DNA of 64,000 bases from Utricularia gibba. Lineage: Eukaryota; Plantae; Magnoliophyta. The notes beneath the pieces were generated by a model. That model ran no database searches, was not told where the DNA came from, and saw only the letters and a list, made by a program, of their open reading frames with translations. Both the position numbers and the translations under genes were made by a program. Below are positions 12,520 through 27,585 of the stretch, in pieces. The first letter of the stretch is position 1; every line of letters starts with the position of its first letter. The stretch covers positions 3,472,001 through 3,536,000 of the forward strand of contig CM007991.1 of the NCBI GenBank assembly GCA_002189035.1, in the 5' to 3' direction.

Positions 12520-13070
12520 TGTCAGTCTATTAGGTTGTGTTTGAAAAGGTGGGGGCTGGTTGAAGTCTATACTAAAGCCGCCTTTCTAGAGTTTGTTTCA
12601 TTTTTCGTTCTTTTAAAATGGGTTATTGAATGGCCAAGCCAGTGCTGCTATCATGTCTGCCTGCTGGTTGTAACCTTGCTCATCGTTCTCGTTAGCTAAT
12701 GTAACATTAGGAAACAAAGATGCTAATTTTGTGTTAGAGAAGACTTTGAATGGAGTATGAACCTAATGGACGCAACTCAATCTGCTGATGAGATCTTGAT
12801 CTTCAAAGTTTTGTACATAGAATTCAAGCAAATGTTGAAAATCTTGTATGTCCACACGGTAACCTCTGGATCAGGGACTAAGCCTGCTGGTGGTGCAGGA
12901 GCTTTTCATCAACTTTGCAGTAGAGTATATCATCAAAGTTGCCATCTTGAAGATGTATATTGCTGCAAGCAAACCTACAAATTTGAAAGATGAGATACAA
13001 CTCAAGAATGCATTTTTGCACATCAAGGGTAGAAACCAGAAGTGGTATATTGCCCGAGGAATGAGGCTAG

Positions 13071-14192
13071 CTAGTGAATCAATGGCTTCTGCAGAAGAGT
13101 GGTGAGGAAAACTTCACCATTCTTCACCCCACTAGAATCAGTCTTATTGCCAACAGCCCATTTCACCTTCTTGTACCCTAGTTTCCCTATCAATGGTGTA
13201 AACACCTTCTCAAGGTCTATCTTTTTGCTGAAAAAATGGTCCAACCACAAGTATCCTCCTCCTCTCAACACTCTATCTACATCAAACAACAAGAATTCCA
13301 GTGAAGTTACTGGAATCCACCTGTTTACAGCATGCCCACAATGCACTAGATCCACTACGCCATCAAAAACCGGCAGCCGCTGCTGCAGCGGCGCGTGGAG
13401 TGGAACTAGTCCCCTGATTGCCACAGCTTCATTGTAAGGGGCACCAAGGTTCATTGTAGTGGTCACAACCATCACATTATGTAACTTCAGCTGTGCTGCA
13501 AAAGTCCCAGTTCCGCCTCCGATGTCGATTGCAAGTCTAATTGCACTCCTGGCTGCTTTGGCTAGTTGGAGAAACTCGGAAATCGGGAGATCCAGATCTG
13601 ATTTGTGGTTCACGAATTTAGACCTCTCAAATCTCATGTCAAACCCCAATTCGGGTTTCGAACTAGCGAAGCAGGAGAACGTCTTGCAGCTGTAATGAGT
13701 GAGGATAGCAGTCTTCTCCGGGAGCGGCGCAAAGGGGTCGGTGGGAAGGGAACGCGGAGTAACGGGAGGAGTTCTTGCGAAGCAGCGGCGGCGCGGTAAC
13801 GGATGGCAGCCGCGGAGGATGAGATCCTCGGCGAGTGGGGAGTCGTTAGGGCAGAGTGAAAAGGGAGTGTAATTCATGTACCTGTGGAGGAGTAAAGGGT
13901 AGTTTTTACAGGCGGAGGCGATAGGTGAAATGTGAGCATAGATTAGGAGATCGGAAGGGACGGTGACTGCAGCAGCGGATTGGCGTTGGCCGGAAGAAGA
14001 AGAGGATTGGAGGGTGGAGAGGTGGTTAATCGTGGCCCGAATGGTGGAAAGCTGGTGGATGAGGTGGTCGGGGACTGTCGGCGCGGCGGCGGGATTAGAT
14101 TGAACGGTGGTGGAGAGGTGGTACAGAGATAGAATATTGGTCGCCACCATCGCCAACAAGAGCAGGAAATTGAGACCCATTGTGAACCCCAT
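13071..14192 (-). CDS. Membrane-anchored SAM-dependent methyltransferase (type 11-like), intronless
   Basis: 373-aa ORF with N-terminal anchor LNFLLLLAMVATNILSLY, GCHPLPRRRC, SAM motif IRLAIDIGGGTGTFAA and DVDRVLRGGGYLWLDHF. Confidence 0.92.
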   Translation of the reverse strand: MGFTMGLNFLLLLAMVATNILSLYHLSTTVQSNPAAAPTVPDHLIHQLSTIRATINHLSTLQSSSSSGQRQSAAAVTVPSDLLIYAHISPIASACKNYPLLLHRYMNYTPFSLCPNDSPLAEDLILRGCHPLPRRRCFARTPPVTPRSLPTDPFAPLPEKTAILTHYSCKTFSCFASSKPELGFDMRFERSKFVNHKSDLDLPISEFLQLAKAARSAIRLAIDIGGGTGTFAAQLKLHNVMVVTTTMNLGAPYNEAVAIRGLVPLHAPLQQRLPVFDGVVDLVHCGHAVNRWIPVTSLEFLLFDVDRVLRGGGYLWLDHFFSKKIDLEKVFTPLIGKLGYKKVKWAVGNKTDSSGVKNGEVFLTTLLQKPLIH

Positions 14193-14239
14193 TCTTCTTC
14201 TCCTTCTTCTTCTTCTTCTTCTTCTTCTTCTTCTTCTTC
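14192..14239. repeat. (CTT)n microsatellite abutting the methyltransferase start codon
   Basis: About 12 perfect CTT units at 14203-14238 plus an interrupted flank. Confidence 0.9.
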
Positions 14240-14837
14240 AGTTCACTGTCTTCCTCTACAACTTCATCTCCACTTCCCTTATAAAACCAAATCAAATTAC
14301 CCTGCACCTCTGCCACCTCCACTATCCTGTGTATTTAAAGTTTTTTTATTGATTAATATCTGAAATACATTTACTACATGAATTGAGTTTTATTAGCTCA
14401 CATTCTATACATTTATTTAAATTTTTAATTCTACTAAAATCAATTATAGAGAGCATGTGATTCTCAAAAAACACTTCTTATTAATTATTTTTAATAAAAA
14501 AATTAAATAAAAATCATTGATATTTGATGATAAAATTGTTTTGAAATATTTTTAAAAAAAATTCAAATTGGAAAATGTATAACAAATCATTTTCCTCTAC
14601 TTTTACAGGTTTAAATTATTTAAAAAATTAAATTATCTGTATAAAATGAAATTTTACTAAATAAAAATTAAATTATCTGCACAAAATATCATCTGCGGTG
14701 ACCCGGTTACGAATATCCGACCGCGTCGTCTGCACGCCATGATTAGAAATAAGTACCCAGCATCCACTTCTCCAGTGAAGGTGGCTTTTCGCTTTCAAGA
14801 CTGAGCCCTAGACCGAAACTTCACTCGCCTTGGAAAA

Positions 14838-16106
14838 ATGGTAAGCAATTGGTTAATTCCGATTAGGCGTCCGTTTCCGTTGATCTTTTTTCGATCATGA
14901 GTTGCTTCGCCTTGTTGTATTTTTGGGACTTTTCCTCTATTTTCTTTTCCGGCAACGCTGTAGCTCTGTATTTTTGGTTTATGCGTCAGTCTGCGATTTT
15001 TATTATTTGTATACTGGATAGTTCTAGTGGATTTGTGCCCGTTACTGTTGTGTGGCTAGTTTAAAGGAAAAGGGCGATGGGTCCTATGATGTTTTGAGCT
15101 CACTGTTCTTCCTGTATCTGCGTTTTTAGATGGATATTTTTTGAGCAAGGTGTACTCCTCAAGGAAATGAATGTTAGTTTATTTTACTGTTCATTTTAAC
15201 TTGCTTGTGGGTAGAAGCTTTCTTCTGGTTTTCAAGAGATATGTAACAGAGCCTGATGTATCCATGTGGTTAGGAGAATAGATTGCCGTGTAATGCTCGT
15301 GCTCATGTTTGTAGATTTCTTCTATTGTGATATAGGCTGACCCAGAATTGGAGGCTATACGCCAAAGAAGGATGCAGGAGCTGATGGCTCAACGTGGTGT
15401 GGTAAGTATGTCATTCTATGTTGTTTATATGGTCACTCATCGGTTCCTTGATCAAAATGTTGCTGCCTTGCAGGGCAATGCCTCAAATCCTGAACAGCAG
15501 AAGGCCCAGGAGGACGCCAAAAGGTTACCTCTCGGTGTAACACTTTGTGAAGTGCTGTTGCCTTTGATTTAATACTGATGTTTTTGGTTTTAGAGAAGCA
15601 GAAGAGCAAAGACAATTGATCCTGACCCAGATTTTGACATATGAAGCACGTGCAAGACGTAACTACAATAATGGACTCTTTACATTTTGGCATTGTTTTG
15701 GAGTGTTTCTGAACTTCGATTCTTTTTTTTTTTTTTTTGTTCAATGCCATTTCGTTTGCTTCAGTTGCCCGTATTGCCCTGGTTAAACCTGAAAAGGCCA
15801 GAGGAGTTGAAGATGTGATCATAAGAGCTGCCCAAGTTGGTCAGATTGCCGAGAAGGTAGGCCTCCTGCGTCACACCAATGCCGCTTCAATGCTGTGTAT
15901 GAACTCGTCTATGTTTTCAGGTATCTGAAGAGAAGCTTATAACCTTACTCGAGCAAATCAACACTCAAACAACCAAAGAAACCAAAGTTACTGTAAGTCG
16001 CAAACCAATACTTCCATCTATCTCCAGTCCTGAAATCTAATCCAACGCGCTTTAACCACTTGCCATACAGATTAAGAGACGCCAGAGCGTTCTTGACGAT
16101 GAGTAG
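14838..16106 (+). CDS. PDCD5: Programmed cell death protein 5 (dsDNA-binding family)
   Basis: ATG-only first coding exon (14838-14840). The spliced product is MADPELEAIRQRRMQELMAQRGV|GNASNPEQQKAQEDAKR|EAEEQRQLILTQILTYEARARL ARIALVKPEKARGVED...|VSEEKLITLLEQIN...|IKRRQSVLDDE*. Confidence 0.93.
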
Positions 16107-16783
16107 CCCACCTCAACTCATCTCGTGCTTTCTAGACGTTGAACCACAAGGGTATTGCATGGAACTGTTCCTCATCTTGGAAATTAGACTGAAAATTTTA
16201 CTGTACCACTGGTCCTAACCAGACATGTCTTTCTTCAATTAACTGAAACCAGCCTCCTCCGTTGGTTGTTTAGTTAGGCGCAGCATGCGCCAATCGAGAT
16301 GCTTTGGTTTGGATTTGATTCTCTACCCACAGTACACGGCTACAGACTCTCGAACACCTTGGAAAATGAATCTGGTATTTTCCAAGGTGATAAACCTAAT
16401 GATATAATGCAGTATGCATGATTGGAGATGGGGGGAACCGATCTTCATTCCATTCCCCACAGCGTTGACTTCTTCACTATGTACTCTCGCTAAGGATGGA
16501 CTTCATCGTCAACCAAATTGAATACCTTTTACATGGGATCTTTCAAAAACCATCTGCCTATCGGCAGGCCTCCATGACTCTTTCAACCCCTTATACATGG
16601 GGTTGAACATGGCTGGCGGTTTCGACCCGGTTTTCATGAGTGTACACATTGTGATGTAACTTTTAGTGGCGTCTGGAATAAAAAAATGCTGAATACATCA
16701 TTGGGGTCTTGATGTTGATAACCCAAAAAATCTGATATATGTACAGGGGCAGGAAGGGCTGATTCTGAAATATGCACATCACC

Positions 16784-18009
16784 ATGGAAAAGGCTCCTCG
16801 ACCAGCAATCAGTGAAGGTGAGTTTGTCTCTCAGCCAAGTTCCCTCCTCCTCCTCTTAGCTCAATACCCTGTTCTTATCAACTCTTGTGTCCTGCAGAAG
16901 TGAAGAAGCATGAACCAGAGAAGGGTGGCGGTGGCAGCTCTGGCTTCTCGGGAGTCCAGAAGGCTGCATCAGGCAGGGGATCAAAAACTAAGTGGTGGTT
17001 GGAGATGATCCTGTACTCTCTCTTGATCCTTGTCAGTCAATCCAGTGGGACTCTTCTGGGGAGGATCTACTTCATCAATGGCGGCCGGAGCAAATGGATG
17101 GCTACATTAGTTCAAGTTGTAGGCTTCCCAATTGTTATCCCCTTCCTGTGGATCAGAAACAGTGAAAGCTCTTCTAAGGGCACAGGATCCTCCTGCATTC
17201 TTCTACCTACAATCTACTTCTCCTTGGGGGTTTTCTCTGCAGCCTACTGCATCTTGTTCACCATCGGCCTGCAGTATCTCCCCGTCACGACGTACTCGCT
17301 CATCTGCGCTTCCACGCTGGGATTCAATGCCATCTTTTCGTACTTCCTCAACGCCCAGAAGTTCACTCCCTACATACTCAACTCCATCCTTCTGCTAACC
17401 ATCTCCTCCGTCCTCCTCGTTCTCCAGCCGGAACCCAGCAGTTCGTCGAAAAAGATGTACCCAATCGGCTTCCTATGCACTCTCGCCGCCTCCGCGTCCG
17501 TCGCCCTGTTCTACTCCCTCACGCAGCTAGTTTTCCGGCGAGTGATCAAGAAAGAGAGCCCCAAGGCGATCTTGGACATGTCGGTGTACGTCAACGCGAT
17601 TGCGAGCTTGGTGGTAGTGATCGGAGTATTTGCAAGCGGGGATTGGAGAAGGCTCCACGCGGAGATGAGGGAGTACAAGCTGGGGACGGTCTCCTATGTT
17701 ATGAACCTGTTCTGGACGGCGGTTTCTTGGCAACTCTTCACCATCGGATCCGTCGGTTTAGTGTTCAAGGTCTCATCGGTGTTTGCGAATGTGATCGGGA
17801 TGCTCGGAATCCCGATCGTGCCGATCTTGGGGAAGATGGTTCTGCACGAGAAATTCACTGGGCTGAAAGGGATTGCGATGGTGCTAGCAATGTGGGGCTT
17901 CGCCTCCTACATGTATCAGCACTATCTTGATGACATAGAGATGAAGAAGAAGAACATGAGATCTCCCAACGAGGAAGAAGCCTGTCCGAATCTTGAGACT
18001 GGGCACTAG
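16784..18009 (+). CDS. Purine permease (PUP family)
   Basis: A 34-nt first exon (16784-16817) is spliced to 16898. Multi-TM protein with LLGRIYFINGGRSKW, LPVTTYSLICASTLGFNAIFSYFLNAQKFTPY and WGFASYMYQHYLDD. Confidence 0.92.
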
Positions 18010-18384
18010 CGCCAAGAATGATAACGATGTAATAAACCGTCAATGTAGTTTAGGTCTAAATTTAGTAAAAGCGGTTTCCCTTGAATTATTGGGCATGGTC
18101 TTGGGCTTAACCATTTTTAATGGGCCGTCGGAAATAAAAGTTCCATGAAGCCCAATAAGGTAAGGAATGGATTTATTGATTTTATATTATTATTATTGAC
18201 GCATTAGAAATTTTGGCTTTTAAAAATTAAAAGAAAATTGACGGGAAGTCACAACCACATGATGTGATCTTCCAAGACACTTGGCGATCTCTGATTGGCT
18301 CAAGGGGGCAGCACCTTACCAAAATCTGTGACCCATGAAGAAATCCAAATGTGATCGCTTATGGGTTTGATTTTGAAGAGGCAA

Positions 18385-19314
<930 letters not shown>

Positions 19315-20096
19315 ATGTACTTCTCTATCAGTGATTCAGATTTCATGAGAATGTAAATTCTGCTCTGTTTCTTATGGAAAAAAGCCAGGAGTTTTCAGCT
19401 CCCAAAAAAGAACCTCAACATCAATTTGGGTTTAGCCAGCACTGAACTAGTGTGACGATGGCTTGATAGATTTGAGCAGAAATATCCGATTCCGGGCAGA
19501 GATGGTACCCATCCTATAGCAGATTAAAAAACCAGCATGGTTTAACAGAAATCGAACTTCTTTTTTACTGAAGCAATCAAAGTTTAGAATGGAAACTATA
19601 TAAAGACGGTTAGTAGTGCGGATGGGAACACTGGATTACCACAAGATGTTGCCTAGCATCAATTGAAATAAGCTGCAGAAATGGAGGAGACTGGATGTAG
19701 CTCAATTGCTTACTATACGTGTGATGGAACCTGCTGGCTTAACAATGGCAAATTGCCGGCCCCAATTCGATTTTTTGTGGGCAATTAAACCTTCTCTTAA
19801 ACAGTGATTCAAACGACAATCACATGAAAACATGTTTGAAAACCAGTGCTCACAAGAGATTTCCATGAAAGGATAACAAACAACAAACACAACGGCAATA
19901 TCATCATAAACTTGGGCTGGATAACCACGACTGAGAAACAGATGTCGGAGGTGATTCAGATTCATGAATTAACAACAGAGCAATGTACAATCTCCAACAA
20001 ACCCTAAACCGATGAATCAACTGCCACAACCTTCAAAACATAATAACAAACCCTCCCACGTAATTGAAAATGTAGGTGACGGGAGTACGTGCCAAT

Positions 20097-20267
20097 GACG
20101 GCAGCTCGATTGAGTTCCCTCGCGACGGCAGCTCGATTGAGTTCCCTCGCGACGGCAGCTCGATTGAGTTCCCTCGCGACGGCAGCTCGATTGAGTTCCC
20201 TCGCGACGGCAGCTCGATTGAGTTCCCTCGCGACGGCAGCTCGATTGAGTTCCCTCGCGACGGCAGC
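20097..20267. repeat. Perfect 27-bp minisatellite (6 units + 9 bp)
   Basis: Unit GACGGCAGCTCGATTGAGTTCCCTCGC starts at 20097, 20124, 20151, 20178, 20205 and 20232, with a partial unit at 20259. There are no spacers. Confidence 0.97.
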
Positions 20268-20824
20268 CGGTAGGCGTCCGACCAGTAGCCGATCGTCAAC
20301 ACCATTGCTGCTCCAGTATCCAACTTGCGAATTTTCACAATTAAAGTTTTCTTTATCGGAATTAAAATTAATTTTCAAATACATTTTTGCTCCAATATTT
20401 TTTCCTTATGTAAACTAGAAATTAAAAATACCATTAAAAGCATTTTGCTAAAATCATAATCTGCTTACATGAACATTTACAACAAAAATTCATGATTAAA
20501 AATTAGTCAATTTCTATTTAATAACAATTTTTTAATTAATGAATGACACATTTTAAGATTTGGTAGAAATAAAATCATAGATCACATGATCTGATGGCCG
20601 GTCTCTGATTGGTCCATCGGAACACATCAGATCCCTCGGCAATCCACTGGAGATGGTTTATGGCATTCAACCGGCAACCAATGAGGAATGACATACGGAT
20701 CCGCTAGGGATAAGCCTTTTCATCGCATGATATGTATAAATAACTCGCGGCTCTACCCACTCAAAATCACCTACCACAAGGAATAACCAGTAGCCTCTTC
20801 TGTTGAGCTCTTGAAACTTCTCCA

Positions 20825-21612
<788 letters not shown>

Positions 21613-22629
21613 AATTCTTATTAACAACAAGCTTTTGATATGTATGTGATTCATGATTGAAGGGGATGTAAATTCTTCTCTGTTTCTTCAATGAAAAATG
21701 TGATTTAAGTTTTCAATGCTTGAGCAATCAAGTTCGCGATTCAGACAAATAGTAAGACGAAAAAAAAAATCACTCTTATTTGAAAACAGAGAGAAACACA
21801 AACTGATTGATCAAAAGATAAAGTACATCAGAATGATGATCCCAGAGGCAGAGTTTTTTCTTAGAACATGCTTGAAAACTAACAACAATTACAACCTGAC
21901 TCAAAAAACATCAGAACAATCATACCATAAAATGAATGTCCTAAAACAACTAGCTCTTACATCTTCGTCAGGCGATTCATACAAATTCATGAACTCAAAA
22001 TTGTCAAACAACGAAAAAGGCAACTAGCAGCAAACAAGTTATCAAAACCCTAGCTTAAAAATCACACCCTCGCAATCGGGAATTGCTTCAAGTTTTTTTC
22101 CAAAATCTGGGTAAGGGGAGTGCGCACCACTGACGGTAGCTCCACGAAGCTACCACTTGCACCGGCGGCTGATCCGCATTATCGGTGAAAGATCATCTAC
22201 GAATTCAACCTCAGATTTTTCCTTTTTGCTGCGGATGGAATAAAATAATCTGTTTCATCATACACAAAAATAATTTTCTAATACTTTTTGACCTAATCAT
22301 TTTTTCTATTTCTAAACTAGAAATTAGAAAACAAAATCAGATGGATATGGACCACACGATCTGATTGGCTCAGGCTGTACACCAAAACACTTGGAGGTCA
22401 TTGATTGGTCCACGGCATCACTTAAGATCTCTTCAAGAAATCCAAAGAGATTGTTTGTAGCCTTGAATCGGCAGCCAATGAGAATGGATATGCAGATCCG
22501 GTAGAGATAAGCCTTTTCACTCCATGGTCTGTAATCTGTATATATACCGTGAGGCTCTCGCCACTCTTCCTCACCCACCAAGGCAATTACCAGCAGCCTA
22601 TCCTTCTCGGAGCTCTTGAAACTTCTCCA

Positions 22630-23418
22630 ATGGCGGCATCAACAATGGCTTTGTCCTCCCCATCCTTCGCCGGCCAGGCGGTGAAGCTGTCCCCAGAGGT
22701 GAATGCCCCAGGAAGGATCTCAATGAGGAAGAGTGCCTCCAAGTCTGTCTCTTCCGGCAGCCCCTGGTACGGCCCAGACCGTGTGAAGTACTTGGGCCCC
22801 TTGTCCGGAGATGCTCCCAGCTACCTCACTGGTGAATTCCCCGGTGACTACGGATGGGACACCGCCGGGCTCTCTGCTGATCCTGAAACCTTCGCCAAGA
22901 ACCGTGAGTTGGAAGTGATCCACGCCAGGTGGGCAATGCTTGGTGCTCTTGGGATCGTCTTCCCGGAGCTCCTGGCAAAGAACGGTGTCAAATTCGGTGA
23001 GGCTGTCTGGTTCAAGGCCGGTTCACAGATCTTCAGCGAGGGTGGCCTTGACTACTTGGGCAACCCGAGCTTGATCCACGCTCAGAGCATCTTGGCCATC
23101 TGGGCTACACAGGTTATTCTCATGGGCGCCGTGGAGGGCTACCGTGTTGCCGGCGGGCCACTTGGGGAAGTCACAGACCCACTCTACCCAGGAGGCAGCT
23201 TCGACCCATTGGGTTTGGCTGATGATCCAGAGGCATTCGCCGAACTGAAGGTGAAGGAGATCAAGAATGGCAGACTTGCAATGTTCTCCGTCTTCGGCTT
23301 CTTCGTACAGGCCATCGTCACCGGAAAAGGCCCATTGGAGAACCTCTCAGACCACCTCGCTGACCCCGTAAACAACAATGCCTGGGCCTACGCCACCAAC
23401 TTCGTCCCTGGCAAATGA
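22630..23418 (+). CDS. LHCB1: Lhcb1, copy 3 (intact, 262 aa)
   Basis: [15 protein letters not shown] transit peptide, [40 protein letters not shown] and [13 protein letters not shown]. Intronless. Confidence 0.97.
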   Translation: MAASTMALSSPSFAGQAVKLSPEVNAPGRISMRKSASKSVSSGSPWYGPDRVKYLGPLSGDAPSYLTGEFPGDYGWDTAGLSADPETFAKNRELEVIHARWAMLGALGIVFPELLAKNGVKFGEAVWFKAGSQIFSEGGLDYLGNPSLIHAQSILAIWATQVILMGAVEGYRVAGGPLGEVTDPLYPGGSFDPLGLADDPEAFAELKVKEIKNGRLAMFSVFGFFVQAIVTGKGPLENLSDHLADPVNNNAWAYATNFVPGK

Positions 23419-23784
23419 ATGAGCTTCTGATTGAGAAGACTTCATTATTCTGTATCAGTAATTCACACTTCACTTCAATGTAAATTCTGCTCTGTTCTGT
23501 TATGAGAAAAACATGATTTTCATTCTTCAAAACAACACCAATTTCATCAATTTGGGTTCAGAAATTTGTGTTGGTACTACTCATCTAGCTAAACAATGTC
23601 AGATATAAACATTTTCGATATCAAAGCAGAGTCTGTAGCCACACACAACAGCAGGAATCAGATCATGTGTTACGGAGAAATCAGCAGTTTGTCAAAGTAC
23701 CAACTCAGCCTAAAGTGGGAAACGACCGAAAAATACCAAATAATGCACAAGGAATAACGGATGAATCCAACATCACTTGAAAGA

Positions 23785-24400
23785 AGCTAAAAAACAAAGT
23801 GGATGAGAATCAACTCAATGGCCTGTTAGTCTCAATTCTAATTTCATGCATCTGTATTGGTCCGTTACCAGATCTCTTGAACAGGTGATCCAACTGAAAG
23901 TTTTCGATAACTTGAAGGGTTAATCTCCAGTATGGGAAAAATTGTTGAAAAAAAATAACCAAATGTTCGAAATACTAGAAACAGGGAAAGGTTTGATCAA
24001 CGGATGTTCCCAAGCACCGAAGAGGCTTCACAATCCAAATTCATCCCTTCAACAGATTAGCCCCTATAAAATATTTGCGCGAAAAAGCTACAGAAAGGTG
24101 TCACATTGTCCGAGGCCATTCACAAATTGATGAATTTCATTCAACAAGGAGATAGCCAAACCGCGACAGCAATAACCCTAAACTGAAAATCACGTACCCT
24201 CCCGCTAGGCAACATACTTCTGGTATGACTAGAGCACTCGCCGCTGACGGTAGCTCCGAGCAGGCAACAAACATCGGAGGAGATATCCGTTTTTCACAAA
24301 ATTCTTTGCAACATTGTGCTGGCGTCCGACGCCAATGGCGGTTCGAATGCGATCTGCTCACCTTGAAAACCCGCTGAATCCCATTTAGGTAAATAAATAA
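23785..24400 (-). ncRNA. Putative antisense spliced non-coding module (spacer after Lhcb1 copy 3)
   Basis: GC-rich first segment with the 27-nt hairpin element (24257-24231), AGG|GTACGT donor (24197), telo-like TTAGGGTT, TTTCCCTGTTTCTAG acceptor and a second GTAACG...TTTAG intron. Homologous to spacers 4 and 5. Transcription is not demonstrated. Confidence 0.35.
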
Positions 24401-24850
24401 ATATACAAATACACGCTTAAATTTAAAAATATAATTTTTTTATTTAAAATAATTAATAAGTTTGAAAAATATATTCTGAGCAGTTATATAATTATTTTAC
24501 AAAAAATGCGTACATAAATAAACACAGTAAATGCTTTTTAAGATGGTGGTAGAAGGAGTATGATGGTTGGAATGGGGGCTATCCATCCGAACACTTTACA
24601 GCCTCTGATTGGCGGAGACAACGCCATACAAAGAATTCTCAGCCATGAGCACATCCAAAGAGTATCCTTTGTGAGGTCTCGTGTCTGCATTTGCAACCAA
24701 TCAGAGCGAGGAGTCTGATCTTACAAGTTACGGGGATAAGGTTTCGGATGACAGCATGTGTATAAATACCTTGCTGCATTCCCCTGTCTTCTCACCACAG
24801 CAGCAACAACAACCAGTGGTCACTTCTTCTCAGGGCACTTAACTTCTCCA

Positions 24851-25638
24851 ATGGCGGCATCAACAATGGCTCTGTCCTCCCCATCCTTCGCCGGCCAGGC
24901 GGTGAAGCTGTCCCGGAGGTGAATGCCCCAGGAAGGATCTCAATGAGGAAGAGTGCCACCAAGTCTGCTCCTTCCGGCAGCCCCTGGTACGGCCCAGACC
25001 GTGTTAAGTACTTGGGCCCCTTGTCCGGCGATGCTCCCAGCTACCTCACTGGTGAATTCCCCGGTGACTACGGATGGGACACCGCCGGGCTCTCTGCTGA
25101 TCCTGAAACTTTTGCCAAGAACCGTGAGTTGGAGGTGATCCACGCCAGGTGGGCAATGCTTGGTGCTCTTGGAATCGTCTTCCCGGAGCTCCTGGCAAAG
25201 AACGGTGTCAAATTCGGTGAGGCTGTCTGGTTCAAGGCCGGTTCACAGATCTTCAGCGAGGGTGGCCTTGACTACTTGGGGAACCCAAGCCTGATCCACG
25301 CTCAGAGCATCTTGGCCATCTGGGCTACACAGGTTATTCTCATGGGCGCCGTGGAGGGCTACCGTGTTGCTGGCGGACCACTCGGTGAAGTCACCGACCC
25401 ACTCTACCCAGGAGGCAGCTTCGACCCATTGGGTTTGGCTGATGATCCAGAGGCATTCGCCGAACTGAAGGTGAAGGAGATCAAGAATGGCAGACTTGCC
25501 ATGTTCTCCGTCTTCGGCTTCTTCGTCCAGGCCATCGTCACTGGAAAAGGCCCATTGGAGAATCTCTCAGACCACCTCGCTGACCCCGTAAACAACAATG
25601 CCTGGGCCTACGCCACCAACTTCGTTCCTGGAAAATGA
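24851..25638 (+). CDS. LHCB1: Lhcb1, copy 4 (apparent -1 frameshift at 24912-24914, in the transit peptide)
   Basis: 788 nt. CTGTCCCGGAG here versus CTGTCCCCGGAG in other copies. Confidence 0.9.
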
Positions 25639-25739
25639 ATGAGATTCTGATTGAGAAGAGTTCATAATTCTGTATCAGTAATTCACACTTATGTAAATTC
25701 TGCTCTGTTCTGTAATTGGAAAAACATGATTTTCATTCT

Positions 25740-26655
25740 TCAAAACATCACCAATTTCATCAATTCAACTTGTGTTGGTGCTACTCATCTAGCTAAAAAA
25801 TGTCCGGTAAAAACTTCCATATCAAAGCAGAGACTGTAGCCACACACGACAGCAAGAATCAGATCATGTGTTATGGAGATATCAGCAGTGTAAGTACCAA
25901 CACAGCCTAAAGTGGGAAACGACCGAAAAATACCCAATAATGCACAAGGAATAACGGATGAATCCAACATCACTTGAAAGAAGCTAAAAGACAAACTGGA
26001 TGAGAATCAACTGAATGGCTTGTTAATCTCAACTCTTATTTCATGCATCCTTATTGGTTCCGTTACCAGATCTCTTGAACAGTTGATCCGACTGAAAGTT
26101 TTCGATAACTTGAAGGGTTAATCTCCAGTATGGGAAAAATTGTTGAGGAAAAATGACCAACTGTTCGAAATACTAGAAACAGGGAAAGAGTTGATCAACG
26201 GGTTACCAAAACAGATTTACGGATACGACAAAAACCGAATAGGCTTCACAATTGAAATTCATCACTTCAACAGATTACCCCGAATAAAATATTAGAGCGA
26301 AAAGCTACAGAAATTGCATCAGACGGAAAGAAAGGTATCACATTGTCCGAGGCCATTCACAAATTGATGAATTTCATTCAATACGGAGACACCCTAACCG
26401 CGACAGCAATGCTTAAAGCCAAGCCCTTAAACCCTAAACTGAAAATCACGTACCCTCGCGCTAGGCAACATACTTCTGGTTTGACTGGAGCACTCGCCGC
26501 TAGCGGTAGCTCCGAAGAGGTTAGAGAACGTCGGAGGGGATATCCTTTTTTCTCAAAATTCTTTGCAACATTGTGCTGGCGTCCGACGCCAATGGCGGTT
26601 CGAATGCGATCTGCCCATCTTGAATACCCACTGAATCCCATTTGTTATATAAATA
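25740..26655 (-). ncRNA. Putative antisense spliced non-coding module (spacer after Lhcb1 copy 4)
   Basis: TATATAA near 26650, exon-like segment ending at donor GTACGT (26453), intron 26453-26173 with telo-box, exon about 26172-26067, and an 83-nt GT-AG intron 26066-25984, then sequence running toward the Lhcb1 3' UTR. No conserved ORF. Confidence 0.4.
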
Positions 26656-27585
26656 AATATATAGTACATGCCTAAATTTGAAAACATATTTTTTATATAA
26701 ATATATATTTACAAATAATTAATAATTTTGCAAAATGAAAAATTACAATAAAACAATTCTAATTTAGATCAATATAAAGGATTAGTTTCAAAATTATAAA
26801 AAAAACAACTTAAGTTATTAAAACATACAACGAAATTCTAAATAGTTTTCAAAATTTCTAAAAAATAAATTTAATTTAATTTAAAACTCAATAAAATTTT
26901 ATAATAAATTTTTTCGCATTCATGTTTAGAATTTGACGAATTCAAATGATGTTATTTTAGTATTATATTACGTTCACATTTCGTAATGTTTGAAGTTCAA
27001 TGAGTCAATTATGTATCATCATAACGACATTTGAATCAAAATCGATTAGTTTTTATAATATGATATATTAAATATATAATTTCATAAGTTCAAGAATAAA
27101 CTACTTACAAAAAATAAATTGAATAGTGTATAACATAATTTTGAAACTTAGATGTTAAATATTTTGTATTTATTGTATTTTGGATTGGATGTGCAATTAT
27201 TTTACAAAAAATGCGTATATAAACAAACATAGTAAATGCTTTTAAGATGGTAGTTGAAAGAGTATGAGTATTTGTATCCAAAGTGGAGGGCATCTGGTTG
27301 GTTGGAATGGGGGCTATCCATCCGAACACTTTGCAGCCTCTGATTCGCGGAGCCAACGCCATACAAAGAATTCTCAGCCATGAGCACATCTAAAGAGCAT
27401 GGTTTGTGAGGTATTGTGTCTGCATTTGCAACCAATCAGAGCGAGGAGTCTGATCTTACAAGTTACAGGGATAAGGTTTCGGATGCCAGCATGTGTATAA
27501 ATACCTTGCTGCATTCCCCTGTCTTCTCACCACAGCAGCAGCAACAACCAGTGGTCACTTCTTCTCGGGGCACTCAACTTCTCCA

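Noticed and set aside
20097-20267. 27-bp repeats as a CRISPR array, or the four overlapping repeat-encoded ORFs (AVARELNR, SIELPSRGN, etc.) as proteins
   Set aside because: Units are contiguous with no spacers, there are no cas genes and the context is eukaryotic. The ORFs exist only because the unit length is a multiple of 3 and lacks stops.
24200-24260. Helitron 3' end (hairpin followed by CTAG)
   Set aside because: Hairpin-CTAG spacing and the following base are inconsistent between spacers, and no 5' TC terminus or A/T insertion site could be defined.
26173-26453. snoRNA inside the first intron of the antisense module (GTGATGA at about 26265, CTGA at about 26322)
   Set aside because: The boxes are in the wrong order or unpaired. 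GTGATGA is GGGATGA in spacers 3 and 5, and the CTGA segment is deleted in spacer 3.
26740-27195. About 460-bp AT-rich segment unique to spacer 4 as a MITE
   Set aside because: No terminal inverted repeats or target-site duplication were visible.
27493-27585. N-terminal extensions (MYKYLAAF...) on Lhcb1 copies 5 and 6, and MRLSP... on copy 3
   Set aside because: The upstream ATG overlaps the TATA box (ATGTGTATAAAT), or is a non-ATG start, and lies upstream of the likely transcription start.
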